Shown: positions 36,201-48,873, counted from the first letter of the whole stretch. The stretch: DNA of 63,981 bases, filler included, from Octopus bimaculoides (GCF_001194135.2; 5 parts of 5 records of this genome joined end to end with filler, not necessarily neighbours in it); one strand, 5' to 3'. Notes: generated from the letters alone by a model not told the origin. Numbers and translations: made by a program.

Positions 36201-39200
36201 CTTTGACCATCAACTTCTAACTCTCGAATAAACCGACGGATTCCTGAAAGAGGAAGGAAAAAACAAACTGAACAAGCAAAAGAAAGTGTCTATCTAGGAT
36301 CTACATCCAGAACACATAAAAACACACATCTCTCAAATAAAAAGGGAATGATTGTAAATTACGAAACAGAAATTACTAGAAATTTAGGTAATTATCTGGA
36401 ATTACCAATCTGTGAACTTAATACCAATATTGCATCATCAGTGCTTTCAAATACCTGTGAACCACAATCTACCCCTATTTGAGAAACAGTATTATTACAT
36501 TCCACTTGAAAACTTTAACTGCCTCCAAGTCATCTTCTAGATACATTTGATTGAAATCCAGTTGATTGAATTTACATTATGTCTTCTAAAATTTGCCATA
36601 CCTTATTATTTGCGGTGAGTTTCCCACCACCACAAAAAAACAAGAAAAACTCTCAAATATCTGCGACCAGACATTGTTAGCAGCATAATTCTGCACTATC
36701 TTTATTCTGATTGACTGATCTGTTGTTAGATTGACTGGATTTTAACATGGAGTTTGAAAATTCCTACTATTATCGGAAATTTGGTTCAGCATATGTGAAA
36801 TTCATAATAAACTGAGAATATGTCCCAAGTGGGTTGATATTCATACTTCCTAGTATATTTTGTATGTACTCTTACATTACATTATTTCTATATCAGGTTA
36901 TTGAGAACTCTGTGACTAATAAAACTATATCAAAAGAGGTTTTGAAAAATATTTACCCATCTATCTATCTGTCTATATAATAAAGTAAAACTGAATAAGA
37001 TAATGGATGTATGTTTTAATGGCTGCATTGACTGCCATTATGTAACTATTAAATACATTTTGTGGAAAATTTCAAAGAAATATTTTAAGGAATGCATATA
37101 TGCAATACTTACCAATAGTGTGGGTTCTGCAAACAGAGAGAAGGATGAAGCCCACCATGCAATTCCAGATCAATGCAAAGACACCAAAACTGACTTTACA
37201 GGAGAATGCAATCAGGCACAGTGCATTCGTAACCCCAATTTGCTGACAAGATTCAGCTTGGAAATTGATCCAAGAATGGTAAGAGTTCACACACATCAAC
37301 ACCAGACTTATCAAAAACAGCAAACCAGTGGAACTGATCTTAAAGACTGTCCTAGAATGCATGCGAACGCTATCAGCAAAATTTTTATTGCTGATCAGTC
37401 GCCCAGCAAGATCATTAGCATAAATTCCTTTGAAATAGAAATAAAATAAAACAGTTATATAAAAATATGGTAATTTGATTGAAATATTCTTAGACAAGTC
37501 TAAAAAAAGATTTATTACAAATGGCAGAGAAACGTCTTTTATTCTTTATATCATCATAGCCTGCACACAGTTTAGCATTATTTCTAAAATAAATTAGAAT
37601 TAATTTGATAGTAATGACTATTTGCAAACATAGGTGAAGGTATTGTCATGTGGTTAAGAAGTTTACAATCTGTGGTTCTGTGTTTGATATGATTGTGCAG
37701 CCTTTTTGTCTAAAATAACCTTGGGTCAAGCCAACTGTGCGAGTAAAATTCAGTAAACAAAGTCTATGTAGAAGCCTGTCAAATGGATTGTATCAGTCCT
37801 AGGTTAATAGGATACCTTTAGCAGAATACACTCTATAGCACTCATTAAAACCAGGATGTTTGTCTGGAGATAACTCCTCTCCACATTGTTTTCGACCAGT
37901 CTCAGAGACCCTGTAAAAAGTCACAGGCACTATTCTTCTTCCTCTAAGAGAACAAGAATTAAAGGCTAGTATAGAAATAAAAAATGTAAAGAATTTAGTG
38001 TAATAAAAAGTATCAAAATTTAAGGAAAATTAAAAACGAAGTAGTAAAAGTAAAATAGTAAAGAAAGTCAAAACATACCAATGGCGACCCAAGAAAAACC
38101 AATCAGTATAGAAACAGAACCTATAAGCACAGTAGTACGTGTGTAATTGCTGAGGACATCCAACACGATGTACCAGGCTGATGCTACACTGAATGAAAAG
38201 GCAAATGTTAAGGTAAGCATATGCAATATAGTTCCAACCAGAGGTGTATCATTTGGATGAATTTTCACACCAAGAGAGCGTGAAAACAATTTCCACAACC
38301 ACTGAGGCCACTTCCTTGACAGATGTACATGCTTCTGACTTCGTGTTAGCGATTCACCAGTGAATTCTTGTGGAGTTCTGTTCTCTGTGAGATTCCGACC
38401 GACAGAAGTATAATACAAGATGGAAGCATTTCGTTTCTTTCTGGAAGAAATGGAAAATTATAAATAAAGTAACAAACTGAAAACAAAATTACAAATAAAA
38501 TAACACAAAATATCAAAAACTAAAAGATAATGAAAGGTAATGAGACACAGCAAATATTGTAATGTAAATCAATTTTGTTTATTTCAGTTTTATTTGTTGT
38601 TTTGATATTTAAAATTTTAATGAAACAAATAGTTTCAGAAAGTGAAATCTTTGAGAAAAAATATAAATAAAAAGTGAAATTGGAGTTTAAAGTTGAATAA
38701 AAGTGTTATCTTAAGGAAATTCAAATCAATAAAAGCTATCATTGCATGTATATTTATATCAGCTTATATGTTTGTGTGTGTTTACACACACACACATCTA
38801 ATTTTTAAGGCAGTTGGTATATCAAGAAAGCTGATTTGAATAATATAATTTCATCTTCATCATTTTACTTTTACCTTTCCATTCTGACATGGGTTAGATA
38901 GGTTTTCTGAGTCACTGTTTCACATTTGGATATTCTCTCTGTCACTGCTCACAACACATACAGACACAGTGTACTATTCTAAAACTAGGCTACAGATGGG
39001 TAACAATATAAATATTTTGTATTAAAATAAAGACAACATTTAAGGTGACAATCTAATCAGCAACTAAAATGGTCAAAGGTTTATTAAATAGAAAACTATC
39101 AGAAGTCATAATCTAAATATATTTTAATAGGTGTTGCAAATTCATATCAAATTTCTAATATATATTATTAGTAGCAGCCAATATAGATAACATACATTGA

Positions 39201-42200
39201 CATTATGTCATAAATACATACAGGAAGTGGAGAATAATTAAACCAGTATCAGTATATAATTAGTAGTTATTCTATTAAACCTTGAGAAAATGACGGAGTC
39301 TCTACATGGTCAATCAATTTGTGAGGAATAGTGCAAAAATCTTCCTCAAATTACACACTGTTATCTTGAAAAAGAAAGGACATATTAGACAATACAGTGT
39401 AGGATACACAACACCTGAAAAGAAGATGATATGGGCATAAATGGAAGGGTTGCTTCAGCAGTGCTGACTTGGAACAAAATAATGATTTCAAATGAATGAA
39501 AGATAAAATCAACTCCAGTAAGATTAGAATGAAACTGAAAGGTATTTAGTCAGCACTGTTCTGTTTCTTCCATGATATTATTTTGGCTACCTCAAACATA
39601 ATCATTAGGTCTCAGTAAGCTGATTTAATGTAAGATACCAGTCAATTACCTGAGTGAATGATGGTTTCTGTAGCATCACTGTTGTCTCAATGGCTCAGTC
39701 CATTTAGTTGTAGATATGAACATTCCCAAGTCTCAATCAACTTGGTCTTTGTACAGAGAAGTAAACCTTTTATCTGTATCCTTGATATATTGTAATGATA
39801 ACATTTTCAGACTGTCATATTTTTCAGGTATTTGTCTCTTACATTTATATTTAGATCTCCAGTTATCTTCCCTATATTTGCTCATCCCAACAACACTTGG
39901 CAGGAGTAACTTGGACTCTCTCTAGGCACATTGAGTAGTAAGTAAACTTGGAAGCAAGCAATTAACAGCAACATTGTTCAGAGGGAGCAAAGAGGTGGCT
40001 GTGGCTGTGGTGGTAGCCGGCGGTGGTTGACGGCTAATAAGGTTGTTGTCGTTGGTATCGAGCACGAGTGTGTGTGCCGGTCGGCGCATGAATGCGATGT
40101 GATCTCTGCCCAGTGCTCTGAAGTGAAGACATGCTGGACAAAGTGTGGGCAAACAGTGGGAGTAACTCGGACTCTCTCAGGTGCACTGAGTAGTAAGTAA
40201 ACTTGGAAGCAAGCGAGCATAGGTCACAGGTTAAGATATAAAGAGTGTTATAGCTATGCGAGTTCAAACCCAACCAACAAATATATAAATAAATGTAAAC
40301 TGAAAATGATTGGAGTTCAAACTGATGGAAATGTAGTGTAGCAGAAAAATAGATAAATGATGAGATTGTGATAAGATTTGGAAAATTTTTAGATGAAGTA
40401 ATTCTTAAAATATCTTCCTTACCTCCCTTCGAAACAACTATTGTGCTTTTATTACTAGCTTCAATTCCATCAGAAAATAAATAAGAGATGGTACAATTAG
40501 CTGCTGTCAGTATCAGAAGACACTGTCACTAATAGAGGACATAGGGTAAGAGTAAGACCCTCTTTGGTCAATAATGACCATGGGATTACACCTAGAAAGT
40601 TCCCCTCCAAGGCAAAAGTCTGGGCAAGGTTGTTTATGGAAGACCAGCAGTCGTCCATACATACCAGCCTTCTTTCTCCATGCTACTGATGTTATCCAAG
40701 GGAAAGGCCGATACAGCTTGACACCAGTGACATTGCAACTCATTTCTATAGTGAATTGGAGCAACATGAAATAAAGTATCTTGCTCAAGAACACAACACA
40801 CAGCCTGGTCTGCAAATCAAACTCATTACCTCATGATTGTGAGCCCAATGCTCTAACCACTGAGCTATGATATATCTACCATCTACCACTAACAGATAGA
40901 CCTACTAACACTGTTAGATATATCCAACAACTGAATGACACTTTCTTCATGTATCCTATGTACATAGGTAGAAGGAAGGAAAGACGAAAAGATATCACTT
41001 GTGCTTCTCTGAAGCATTGCTGGGTTACAAATGGAGACATTATTGTCATTTCTCTTGTCAACAAAAATGGTATACAAGCTAAGTTCCTTTGAAGATGAGT
41101 GGAATAAGAGACCTTAACTAGAACAAAAAAAAAACACACATGGAAGAGTTAGCAACAGGACATACATGGAAGATCAACACAAAAGACACCAAAGATCCAG
41201 TGATGAGAACCAAATTTCAAGAATATGTTGAAGAACAGCTCCAAAACTTAGATAGCTCATCCCCTGATGACATGTGGAACAACATGAAATCAACAATATA
41301 TGATTCTGCATCGAGGGCCTTTGGAACAGATCGACTTTCCAAGGATGACTGGATTGAAGCCAATGCCATTACTTGAGAAAAAGTGCAAGATCTTCATAAA
41401 GCACAATAGAAAGTACAAAACAACAGCTATGTGCTGCAAAATCCCACCTTCAAAAAGAAACTAGAAAATGTGCCAACCAATACTGGGATAAATTATGCTT
41501 AGAAATTCAACAGGCGAGTAACATGGGTAACATCAGGAAAATGTATGAGAAGATTAGAGTTGCTATCGGACCAACAGTGAGTAAAGTGGCACCCCTCATG
41601 TCTGCAACAGGTGACCAGTTGACGGACAAGAAGAAGCAAACGGAAAGATGGGTGGAACATTACTCTAAATTGTACACAAAGGAGTGAGATATAAGAGATT
41701 AGACATCAAGACAAAGATCAGGATTTATGAAGCATGTGTTCTCAGAACATTCCTCTATGGATCTGAAACATGGACCTTGTACAGCAGACAGGAAAGGTGC
41801 CTTAGTATTTTCCATCTCAGATGCCTCCGCAAGATCTTAGGCCTAACATGGCACGACAAGGTCACCAATGTTGAAGTTCTGACCCAGGCGAATCTTCAAA
41901 GCATGACTGATATCTTCTATATGAGAAGACTGAGGTGGCTGGGGCATGTCAAGAGAATGGATGACCGTCGAATCCCGAAGCAAATGCTCTATGGAGAACT
42001 GGCCCAGGGCAAGAGATCAAGAGGAAGACCAAAACTGAACTATAAGGACACTTGCAAAACTAGTTTGTCCAAGTGTGAGGTGGATGTCAGCACCTGGGAA
42101 GAGAGGGCTGAGGACAGAACAATATGGAGGACTGTGGTGAAGGAAAGGAACTGCTTCGCTCGAGAGCAGCTACAGAAACAAACAAATTCAGAAACGTCAG

Positions 42201-42518
42201 TGGCGAAAGGAAAACAACAGAAATGCAGAGCACCGAGCTATCCTCTTGGAATGCAAATACTGTGACAGAAGCTGCGCTTCAATCATAGGAAGAATCAGCC
42301 ATGAAGTAAGCTGCAAGAAAAGGAGCCCCTGATATGTTTGATTAAGTGACCTCTAAGCTAAATTGACCATCTGCATAAACGAAAAGTAAATATAAGAAAA
42401 TAGAGAAAAAATATAGTGGATACTTATTTAATTTTATTTGTATCACGATGAAAACATATCTAACAGTGTAATACAAATAAAATTTAAAGTAGCAGAATCA
42501 ACATCCTCATTTTTAACA

Positions 42519-42582
<64 letters not shown>

Positions 42583-43814
42583 ATTACGATTAGTATTTGT
42601 CTCTTCAACTAAGAAGACTATGAATTTCTAAGGAGGTCTAATAAGATCGAAATATATCAGTTACTTTCACTGGTTGGCTTTCAAAAATCGAATTTTCAAT
42701 TCACTCTATGACCTATGTGAGACTCGATCGGCTTTGTAAGAGTTATCTCCCCTACCTATAAACGAACCTTCACGCTTTAAAATTTAATCTTTACATTAAA
42801 AGACATGTCAATTTTGATGGTAGAAACGGATCAAAGGGTTCCAGCAGTAATCATGCCGACCTTTTTTTTTTTTAATTCAGTCATAGTATACTTTAAACTG
42901 CATGTTTTGAGAGAGATTCATCTATTGATTTGCTAACTTAGTTAGCTGGCATGCAACCCTTCAATTTGTGCAAAACGATGTTCACGTAAACGGAATGCCG
43001 AGAAACTATTACATGAAGCTGACATCAGATAATGGATAATGACTTTAAAAACTTTGTTACTACTATAACTGGAAGATCAAAATGATAAAAGAAGCAAAAG
43101 ATATATATGATAATAATGATGAAGTATATAGAAAATTGTGGTAAAAAGTTTCTTCCATTTTCATTGGCCTGCAATTGTTACTTTTACTCCTGTAATATAA
43201 TTGAACGATTGAAGATGAATATAATGAAAAAGAGAGGACATTGTTTTGTTTTGTTTTTGTCACCGAGCTATAGGAAGAGTGGCAGCACTTTTGATCTTCA
43301 AGGATTTTGAGACTGTTAGGAAGACGTAAACAGCACTGATTACATCGCATTCAACAAATTCATTTATACCAGTTTATCAACGAATGGAAAAATGTTTCAA
43401 TTCTTAGAGCATCAGCTAAGGTTAAAGATTAGGGTCAACAAAATAAAGTGGAATAAATGACTACGAAACAGCACTGAAAGGTTTTTGTTCAACCCCAGTT
43501 AGGACACCAAAGTACAAAAAGAAAAGAAGCTCATTCTAGAATAGTAATCAAAATTTTATCAAAAGTGTAAAGACAAGTAAGGAACAAATATCTTTAATGC
43601 ATACTCAAAGGTACCTAAATTGGTTAAAATAAGAATCCAGTTTTTAAAACTTTGATTGCTATAGTTCCGAGAAATGTAGATATATTTCTAATAATCCGAC
43701 ATATATACATTTCGATTCACTAGTTTGGTTTGAATTCAGAAAGACTAATGAATAGGACAATACTTACCGCATCAGATTATCAAATTCATGTGACGGAGAA
43801 TGTATCCACGACAT
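29475..43814 (-). CDS. Uncharacterised 9-exon, 511-aa predicted 7-TM membrane protein; candidate gustatory-receptor-like / DUF3537-like 7TM ion channel
   Basis: Nine GT-AG exons (47+362+315+129+215+84+213+69+102 = 1536 nt) splice into one open frame from ATG 43814 to TAA 29475. Seven hydrophobic segments by eye. The family call is inference. Confidence 0.85.
30782..30850 (-). CDS. 7TM gene exon 8 (CMCPTEDRLFLLLFLNQQPLQMT)
   Basis: tttcag / gtgtgt, phase 0-0; not in the ORF track. Confidence 0.85.
31660..31872 (-). CDS. 7TM gene exon 7 (TM5, TM6; ends FAEANAEGQRMIR)
   Basis: ttacag / gtaagt, phase 0-0; ORF 31528..31983. Confidence 0.9.
32020..32215. mobile_element. Penelope-like repeat fragment
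   Basis: Internal duplication ATATGGGTACAGGACAT; minus strand carries CAA-CTGACGA-hairpin...GCATGTC-TTG. Confidence 0.4.
32389..32559. mobile_element. MITE-like foldback with ~64-bp inverted arms
   Basis: 32391-32454 is the reverse complement of 32494-32557 with 4 mismatches. Confidence 0.75.
33492..33575 (-). CDS. 7TM gene exon 6 (PPENTQPHNMASEMMTNDDILMSYWKIS)
   Basis: strong polypyrimidine acceptor tttttatttcttcag / gtgagt, phase 0-0. Confidence 0.85.
34319..34533 (-). CDS. 7TM gene exon 5 (Cys/acidic loop: DFCDECVWNDDCNRNGHNC...)
   Basis: ttctag acceptor, phase 1; donor GCA|gttggt inferred from the phase 0 required by exon 6. Confidence 0.7.
36115..36243 (-). CDS. 7TM gene exon 4 (IRRFIRELEVDGQSYDAYWKYQ...)
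   Basis: tttcag / gttagt, phase 1-1, open frame. Confidence 0.85.
37113..37427 (-). CDS. 7TM gene exon 3 (TM3, TM4; ends LSVCRTHTIG)
   Basis: tcaaag / gtaagt, phase 1-1; ORF 37072..37497. Confidence 0.88.
38079..38440 (-). CDS. 7TM gene exon 2 (N-terminus, TM1, TM2)
   Basis: ttccag / gtatgt, phase 2-1; ORF 38068..38418. Confidence 0.88.
39903..40214. repeat. ~57-bp direct repeats flanking a 199-bp GC/CpG-rich core
   Basis: 39903-39959 and 40159-40214 share GGAGTAACT.GGACTCTCTC...TGAGTAGTAAGTAAACTTGGAAGCAAGC. Confidence 0.85.
40555..40868 (-). mobile_element. tRNA-headed SINE family C. Other copies, approx.: 910-1040(+), 54210-54520(-), 57850-58030(-)
   Basis: tRNA-like head followed by GTGTTGTGTTCTTGAGCAAG(A/G)(T/C)ACTT block. 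Confidence 0.7.
41135..42325 (+). mobile_element. RTE-clade LINE, 5'-truncated and internally deleted, in intron 1 of the 7TM gene
   Basis: KTKIRIYEACVLRTFLYGSETW, RRLRWLGHVKRM and RSRGRPKL motifs; C-terminal C-x2-R-x-C-S-x-IG-x-x-SH; RT core missing. Confidence 0.9.
43768..43814 (-). CDS. 7TM gene exon 1 (MSWIHSPSHEFDNLMR)
   Basis: ATG plus consensus donor CG|gtaagt; phase 2 matches the exon 2 acceptor. Start codon is tentative because the frame stays open upstream. Confidence 0.65.
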
Positions 43815-44624
43815 TAAAGTAATGACCTAAAGTTTCTTTCACCGACAATTGTTAAATAATATGCAAATACAGAGTGTAATGCACTGTAGTGTTGTATGAA
43901 GAATGGTTTAGTGTAATGTAACAACATACGATACAGAGTTGGTTGTGTTTACTGAAGAGAACACAAATGAGCACTCAGTGTTACTGGTCATGGATTGTTT
44001 CACGGAGTTCAATAGATGAGAAAACTGATGTCTTCACAAATGACAACAGTGATTGGATAGTGTGTTTAGTTCAGAGTAAATGTAATGTGTTTTGTTGTAG
44101 ATGTGTAGTAATATTGCTTGTTGTTTAGTGTATACAGGTTATTCAGGGTTTGGAAAGTACTGTATTATGCAGAATAATTAAGTGTGTGTGTGTGTGTGTA
44201 ACCCTTCCTAAAACTGTTAACTAGAAAGCATAGCATGCCAAGTGGGTAGAACACAATTTTTCAGTCAACTGAAAACTTATAAAAAAAACACATTAATTTA
44301 AATACGGGGAGAGGTAATGGAAGTGAGTGATTGCTATGTATGTGTGTCACCATGAAGAAAGTTGAGATAGTCACCAGATACGAATGAATGAGAGAGAGAG
44401 AGAGAATGCTCAGAGATAGTGTTTATCAAGATTAGGACAACTTTGTCCAACGTACAAACACAACAGTACAATTCTAATTTTAGTATAGTATTTTTTGTTC
44501 TATACTGTTATGTGTGATACAAAGGCATATTGTATATAATCCATAAAATGCAACCACTTTTGTGATCCTTCATTTACTTCATATACATAGATTATCAGAG
44601 AGTAACTACTGGAATATCATGAAA

Positions 44625-47600
44625 AGGAGAGGCTTTTATTTTGTTTTTGTCACCGAGCTAGAGAAAGAGGAGCAACATCTTTGATTTTTAAGGGCTTAAA
44701 GACTACTGGGAAGAAGTTATTCTTAAATGAAAGGCCAGTCTTAAAAAGCTTGCAAGAGAACAGACTCCGCCAAGGGAAAACAAGGGCCAAGTAATGGGGT
44801 TGTGGATAGAGTCTATCACCTAGAGGAAAGTTTTATTGGGAAGGAACGAGGGCTTGTGAAATCAACAATGTGGATGGAGTGGGTGTTCAATGGCTGCAGG
44901 AATTGTCTGAGCTAAAGAGCAGGGTATTGAGATGGGAAGCAGAATAATCTATGAAAAAGGGAACAGGATAATTTGTATTTAAGACAGTGGCAAATGGAAC
45001 AGTTAGAGAAATAGAATAGAATCAGTATGGGGTGGGGTATGAGAAGATTTGGAGGTGGTGATGAGAATTAGTATTAAAATTAAGTCTGGGAAAAAAGAAG
45101 CTGGCAGATATGTTAGACTTAAATACAGAGAGATAGTTAAATTATTTTGATTAATTATGAGATAAGAAGGAATATTGACTGAAGTTACCAGAACATACTG
45201 TAGCACTAAACGTTTAATCACAACAACAAGTTACAACTCAGGACATATTTCGGATTTGTTTGACGAATTCACAGGGTTTACTGGAGAAGCGATGCTGTCA
45301 TGCTGTGGAGTTTGAATGAGACATTGGACTATGGGATGTCTTTTTCCTTCATATATTTTAACTTCAGCTAAACTCTTTCTTCATTTTAGAGGTGTATAAT
45401 CTTTCAATATTTGGCCATAGCAATGGGATCAAGCGATGAAACAAAGCTGATACCCAAAATTATCTAAATCAGTGGTTCTCAAACTTTAATAGCCCAGAGT
45501 CCCAAGAAGTGGAGTTTTACTTGTGTTTTGCAGAAAAATACTAAAAGAGAAAAACCCTCTCCACCCAAGAATCAGACATATTTTGTTATATCATTCCATC
45601 CAAATGTGCTTCTTTTTAGATATTTGCATCTCCTATGTTGAATTGTTATGGAAATTATGAAAAGAAGACGAGTACTTATATAATGAAAATATATGGAACT
45701 TTGGTACATCATCTAGTTATGTTTTCTGGTCCCTGATAACAATGCCCAATTCATATTGTAATCCCAACAAAGCTGTTTTTTTAAAAATGTGTTTAAAATA
45801 TAAGTACTGCACCTGGTTTAAATATTTTCTTACTAAGAAAAATTATGACCCCTCTAAAGACCCAGTATTCTCTTGGCATTTTTCTCTCTCTGTGAGTTCA
45901 AAGCATCAACAAGGGTGCTACTGTCCCAATCAAGGACCATTGGTTTAAATAAAATTAACAAACCCCAGAGTTAAACGTCCAGAGAATCCAAAGTATATAT
46001 GAGATTGACGAGTGAAGATGGGGTAATTTGCTGAGTTTAATACAGTTAATATTCAGTAAAATTGTGAGGGGTTAGTACCAAGGGTGCAATAGATGAGACA
46101 GTAGTTTCTTCAATTGGTTTTGGTTTGGAGAAAGGATCTTCATAACATCCCAACAACAAAAAGTGAGATGTTGCAGATAATATTCCTCTTGAACAGTTGC
46201 ATTTAAAATAAAAGCAAGAGGGGAATTCCACAGGATTGACATTCTGAGGAAGGACTGACTGTGGTGGGATGATGGATACAATATAGGTTATGAGAGAGAC
46301 GAGTGAGTTGAAAGTGTTTGTGTAGAAGCAAGACAAGACCAGCCAGTTCTGAGAAGCAGCAAAAAAGTGGTGGTTGAAAAGACAGAATAAAGAGACGGTA
46401 GGAAGCTAAAGCGTATTGACTTCATCCAATCTATTATGTCTGTATATGTCTTATGGTGCCAGTCTATTATGTCTATATGTGGGGGTTGCATAAAGGGTTT
46501 GTAGTTGCTAGGGGTCTAAATATTTTCTGGTTCTGAACAGGAAAGCCAGTCTTTGATGAAGCTTTGCTATTTGAGGCTGTAAGATTGCCAAAAGATATCC
46601 TCAGAGATAGTAAGGCCCAGCATTTGTATCAGCCTCAAGGGTTCAGTGATAATGGTTTCTTGATACATGTGCTGCTGAAGGAAATAAAAGTGCTCTTTTA
46701 GCATGTGATCTACAAGGGCAATTACTTTAGGTTGCTTTATAGTTTACTTTTCAATTTCTAAAAACACATAAGATGTTGGCTAATTTTTTTTAGAAGAAAC
46801 CAGAAGGCAGCTGCATTTTTACAAGAAACCAGCACTAAATTCAGATCATTTCTTAAGAAAAGAAATGTGTCACTTTGCCGTGTAAATCTACAGTTTAAAG
46901 GGAAATTACTTTAGATTACTTTGTGTTAGTGCTACTTTCATGCGTGATCTACATGAGCAAATTTACTTTCGTGGGTGATCTACGCGCTTATTTTAATTAT
47001 TATATAGTTTTCTTATTAGTAAAACAGCAAGAATTTTGAAAAAATACAATTACAATGCTAAGTATGCACGAAATAATTAAAAAAAAAACCTAAAGTAATC
47101 TCCCTTGTAGACCACATGTCAAAGGAGCACCAAAATAAATTCGACACGATCTTATTGGCAGCAATTTTTGCAATTTCTGTTCATAGAAGACTAGGCATGA
47201 ATGAATGAAAGGCAGCATTATCTATATAGGAATAGACACTGTTGAAGGTGATGATAGTAAGTAGGTAATTGAGATATACAAGGAAAAGTATGTGGGGAAA
47301 CCTGGGCGTAAACCAAAGTTGAGAGAGAGAATGTGTGTCATTAGCACATTGCAATGGAGACAGAAAGCCATCAATCTAAAAGACAACAGCAGATAAATGG
47401 GGACCATTGACAGGTAAATTCGCATGTCAGACACAGTCAAATGCTTTTCTGCTGGTAAGTGTGACAACACGATATTTTAAATCAAATTTCTCAACGGCGA
47501 GGCCCTACGTTGCGTTACACAGGAGAGGTGTCCAGTTATCTCTGAGAATTTGGAAATGAAAGTAATATGTTCATAGTTGGCTGGGCCAGAAGGGTTGACA

Positions 47601-47880
47601 ACATTATGATATACTGTAGCGTTTTTCCAAAACACGGGATAAATCTCTGAAGAGGTAAAGAGAGAAACACTGAAAAAGTTGGAGGTGACAGGGACTAGCT
47701 TGAAGGACGCGTTGTTGGAGAGTAATGGAAGGGACAATGCCAAGGATGGTGGCCTCATTACATTAAAGAGGTCGGAGGTTCTTTTACACTTGAGGTGAAT
47801 GTCTACATGGTGGTGAGCTTAGTAGAAGAGAGAGATAGTTTTGGAGATTTACTGGTATATGCAAGGTGTAATTGGATGCA
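44625..47880 (-). mobile_element. Old fragmented non-LTR retrotransposon (CR1/L2/Jockey-like RT relic)
   Basis: PVFWKNATVY...GPANYEHITFISKFSE resembles RT P..WK.A.V...P.NYRPISL.S.FSK; further C-terminal-like fragments near 46050-46500 and 44625-45350; its 3' end recurs at 43230-43330; many stops. Confidence 0.6.
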
Positions 47881-48820
47881 AAACGTACAGCTAATGCGGA
47901 GGTTTTCACTGCGAGAGTACCACTTATGGAAACATTACGTTTTACTTAATGGCACCTGAAAATTACAAGGGAAACATCACCGTTATATTTGATACAAGAC
48001 GCAACTGGAAAACGTCAGAAATGATCTTTTTCTATCGTTGCAGAGTTTTAGAGACAAAATAAAACACTGTAAGACCTTGAAGGTTTGCAGCTACAGTCAA
48101 AGCAAACTATATTTAAACACAATAACATCAAAAAATGTAAATAACTGAGTTTTAACGAAACATTCGATAGTAAGGAACAAGCGATGGTTTGTGTCGACTT
48201 AGTAAATTACGTAGAGTTATCTCCCTTGGATTAAAAACAAAACAAAACAAAACAAAAACCCACTAACGTGAGAAATGTTTTCACGAAGTCGTTAATCGGA
48301 TATTTCTCGGCAGAGGATTAGTTCAAAACAGATCTCATTTCTTACCAATTTACAATATTTGAAACGATGTAAAAAAAAAAGAAAGAAAAACACTTGTAAA
48401 AAATATGAATGCTCAATATGAGTTAACTTCGTTTAGCATACTGAGGTGTGTGTGTCTGTAAAGCATGCTGATAACACACTCTTACACCACTACTTAAGAA
48501 CTTTCGCACTATATACGAAAATTGTTCACTATCATTTAAACATGGCATTTGTTCTATGAAGTAATATTCCTATTTACCTCAGCATAATGCTAATTTCGAG
48601 CGCAAAAATCCTACACAAGGAAATGGGTATTTAATGAATAAACAACTGGCACATGCACTTCCATGGCATGATAAGCAAGAGGAAATTTTTCACACTTGCA
48701 CTTAGTGGGTAACTTTCCTCTTGGCCCATCTCTCTAACTATGCCTCTGCTGGAGGGATGCATAGTAAAGTCAATCTTAGAGATATCTGAACAAAGAAGTT
48801 AGCGTAAGTGTACAGACTGT

Positions 48821-48873
<53 letters not shown>

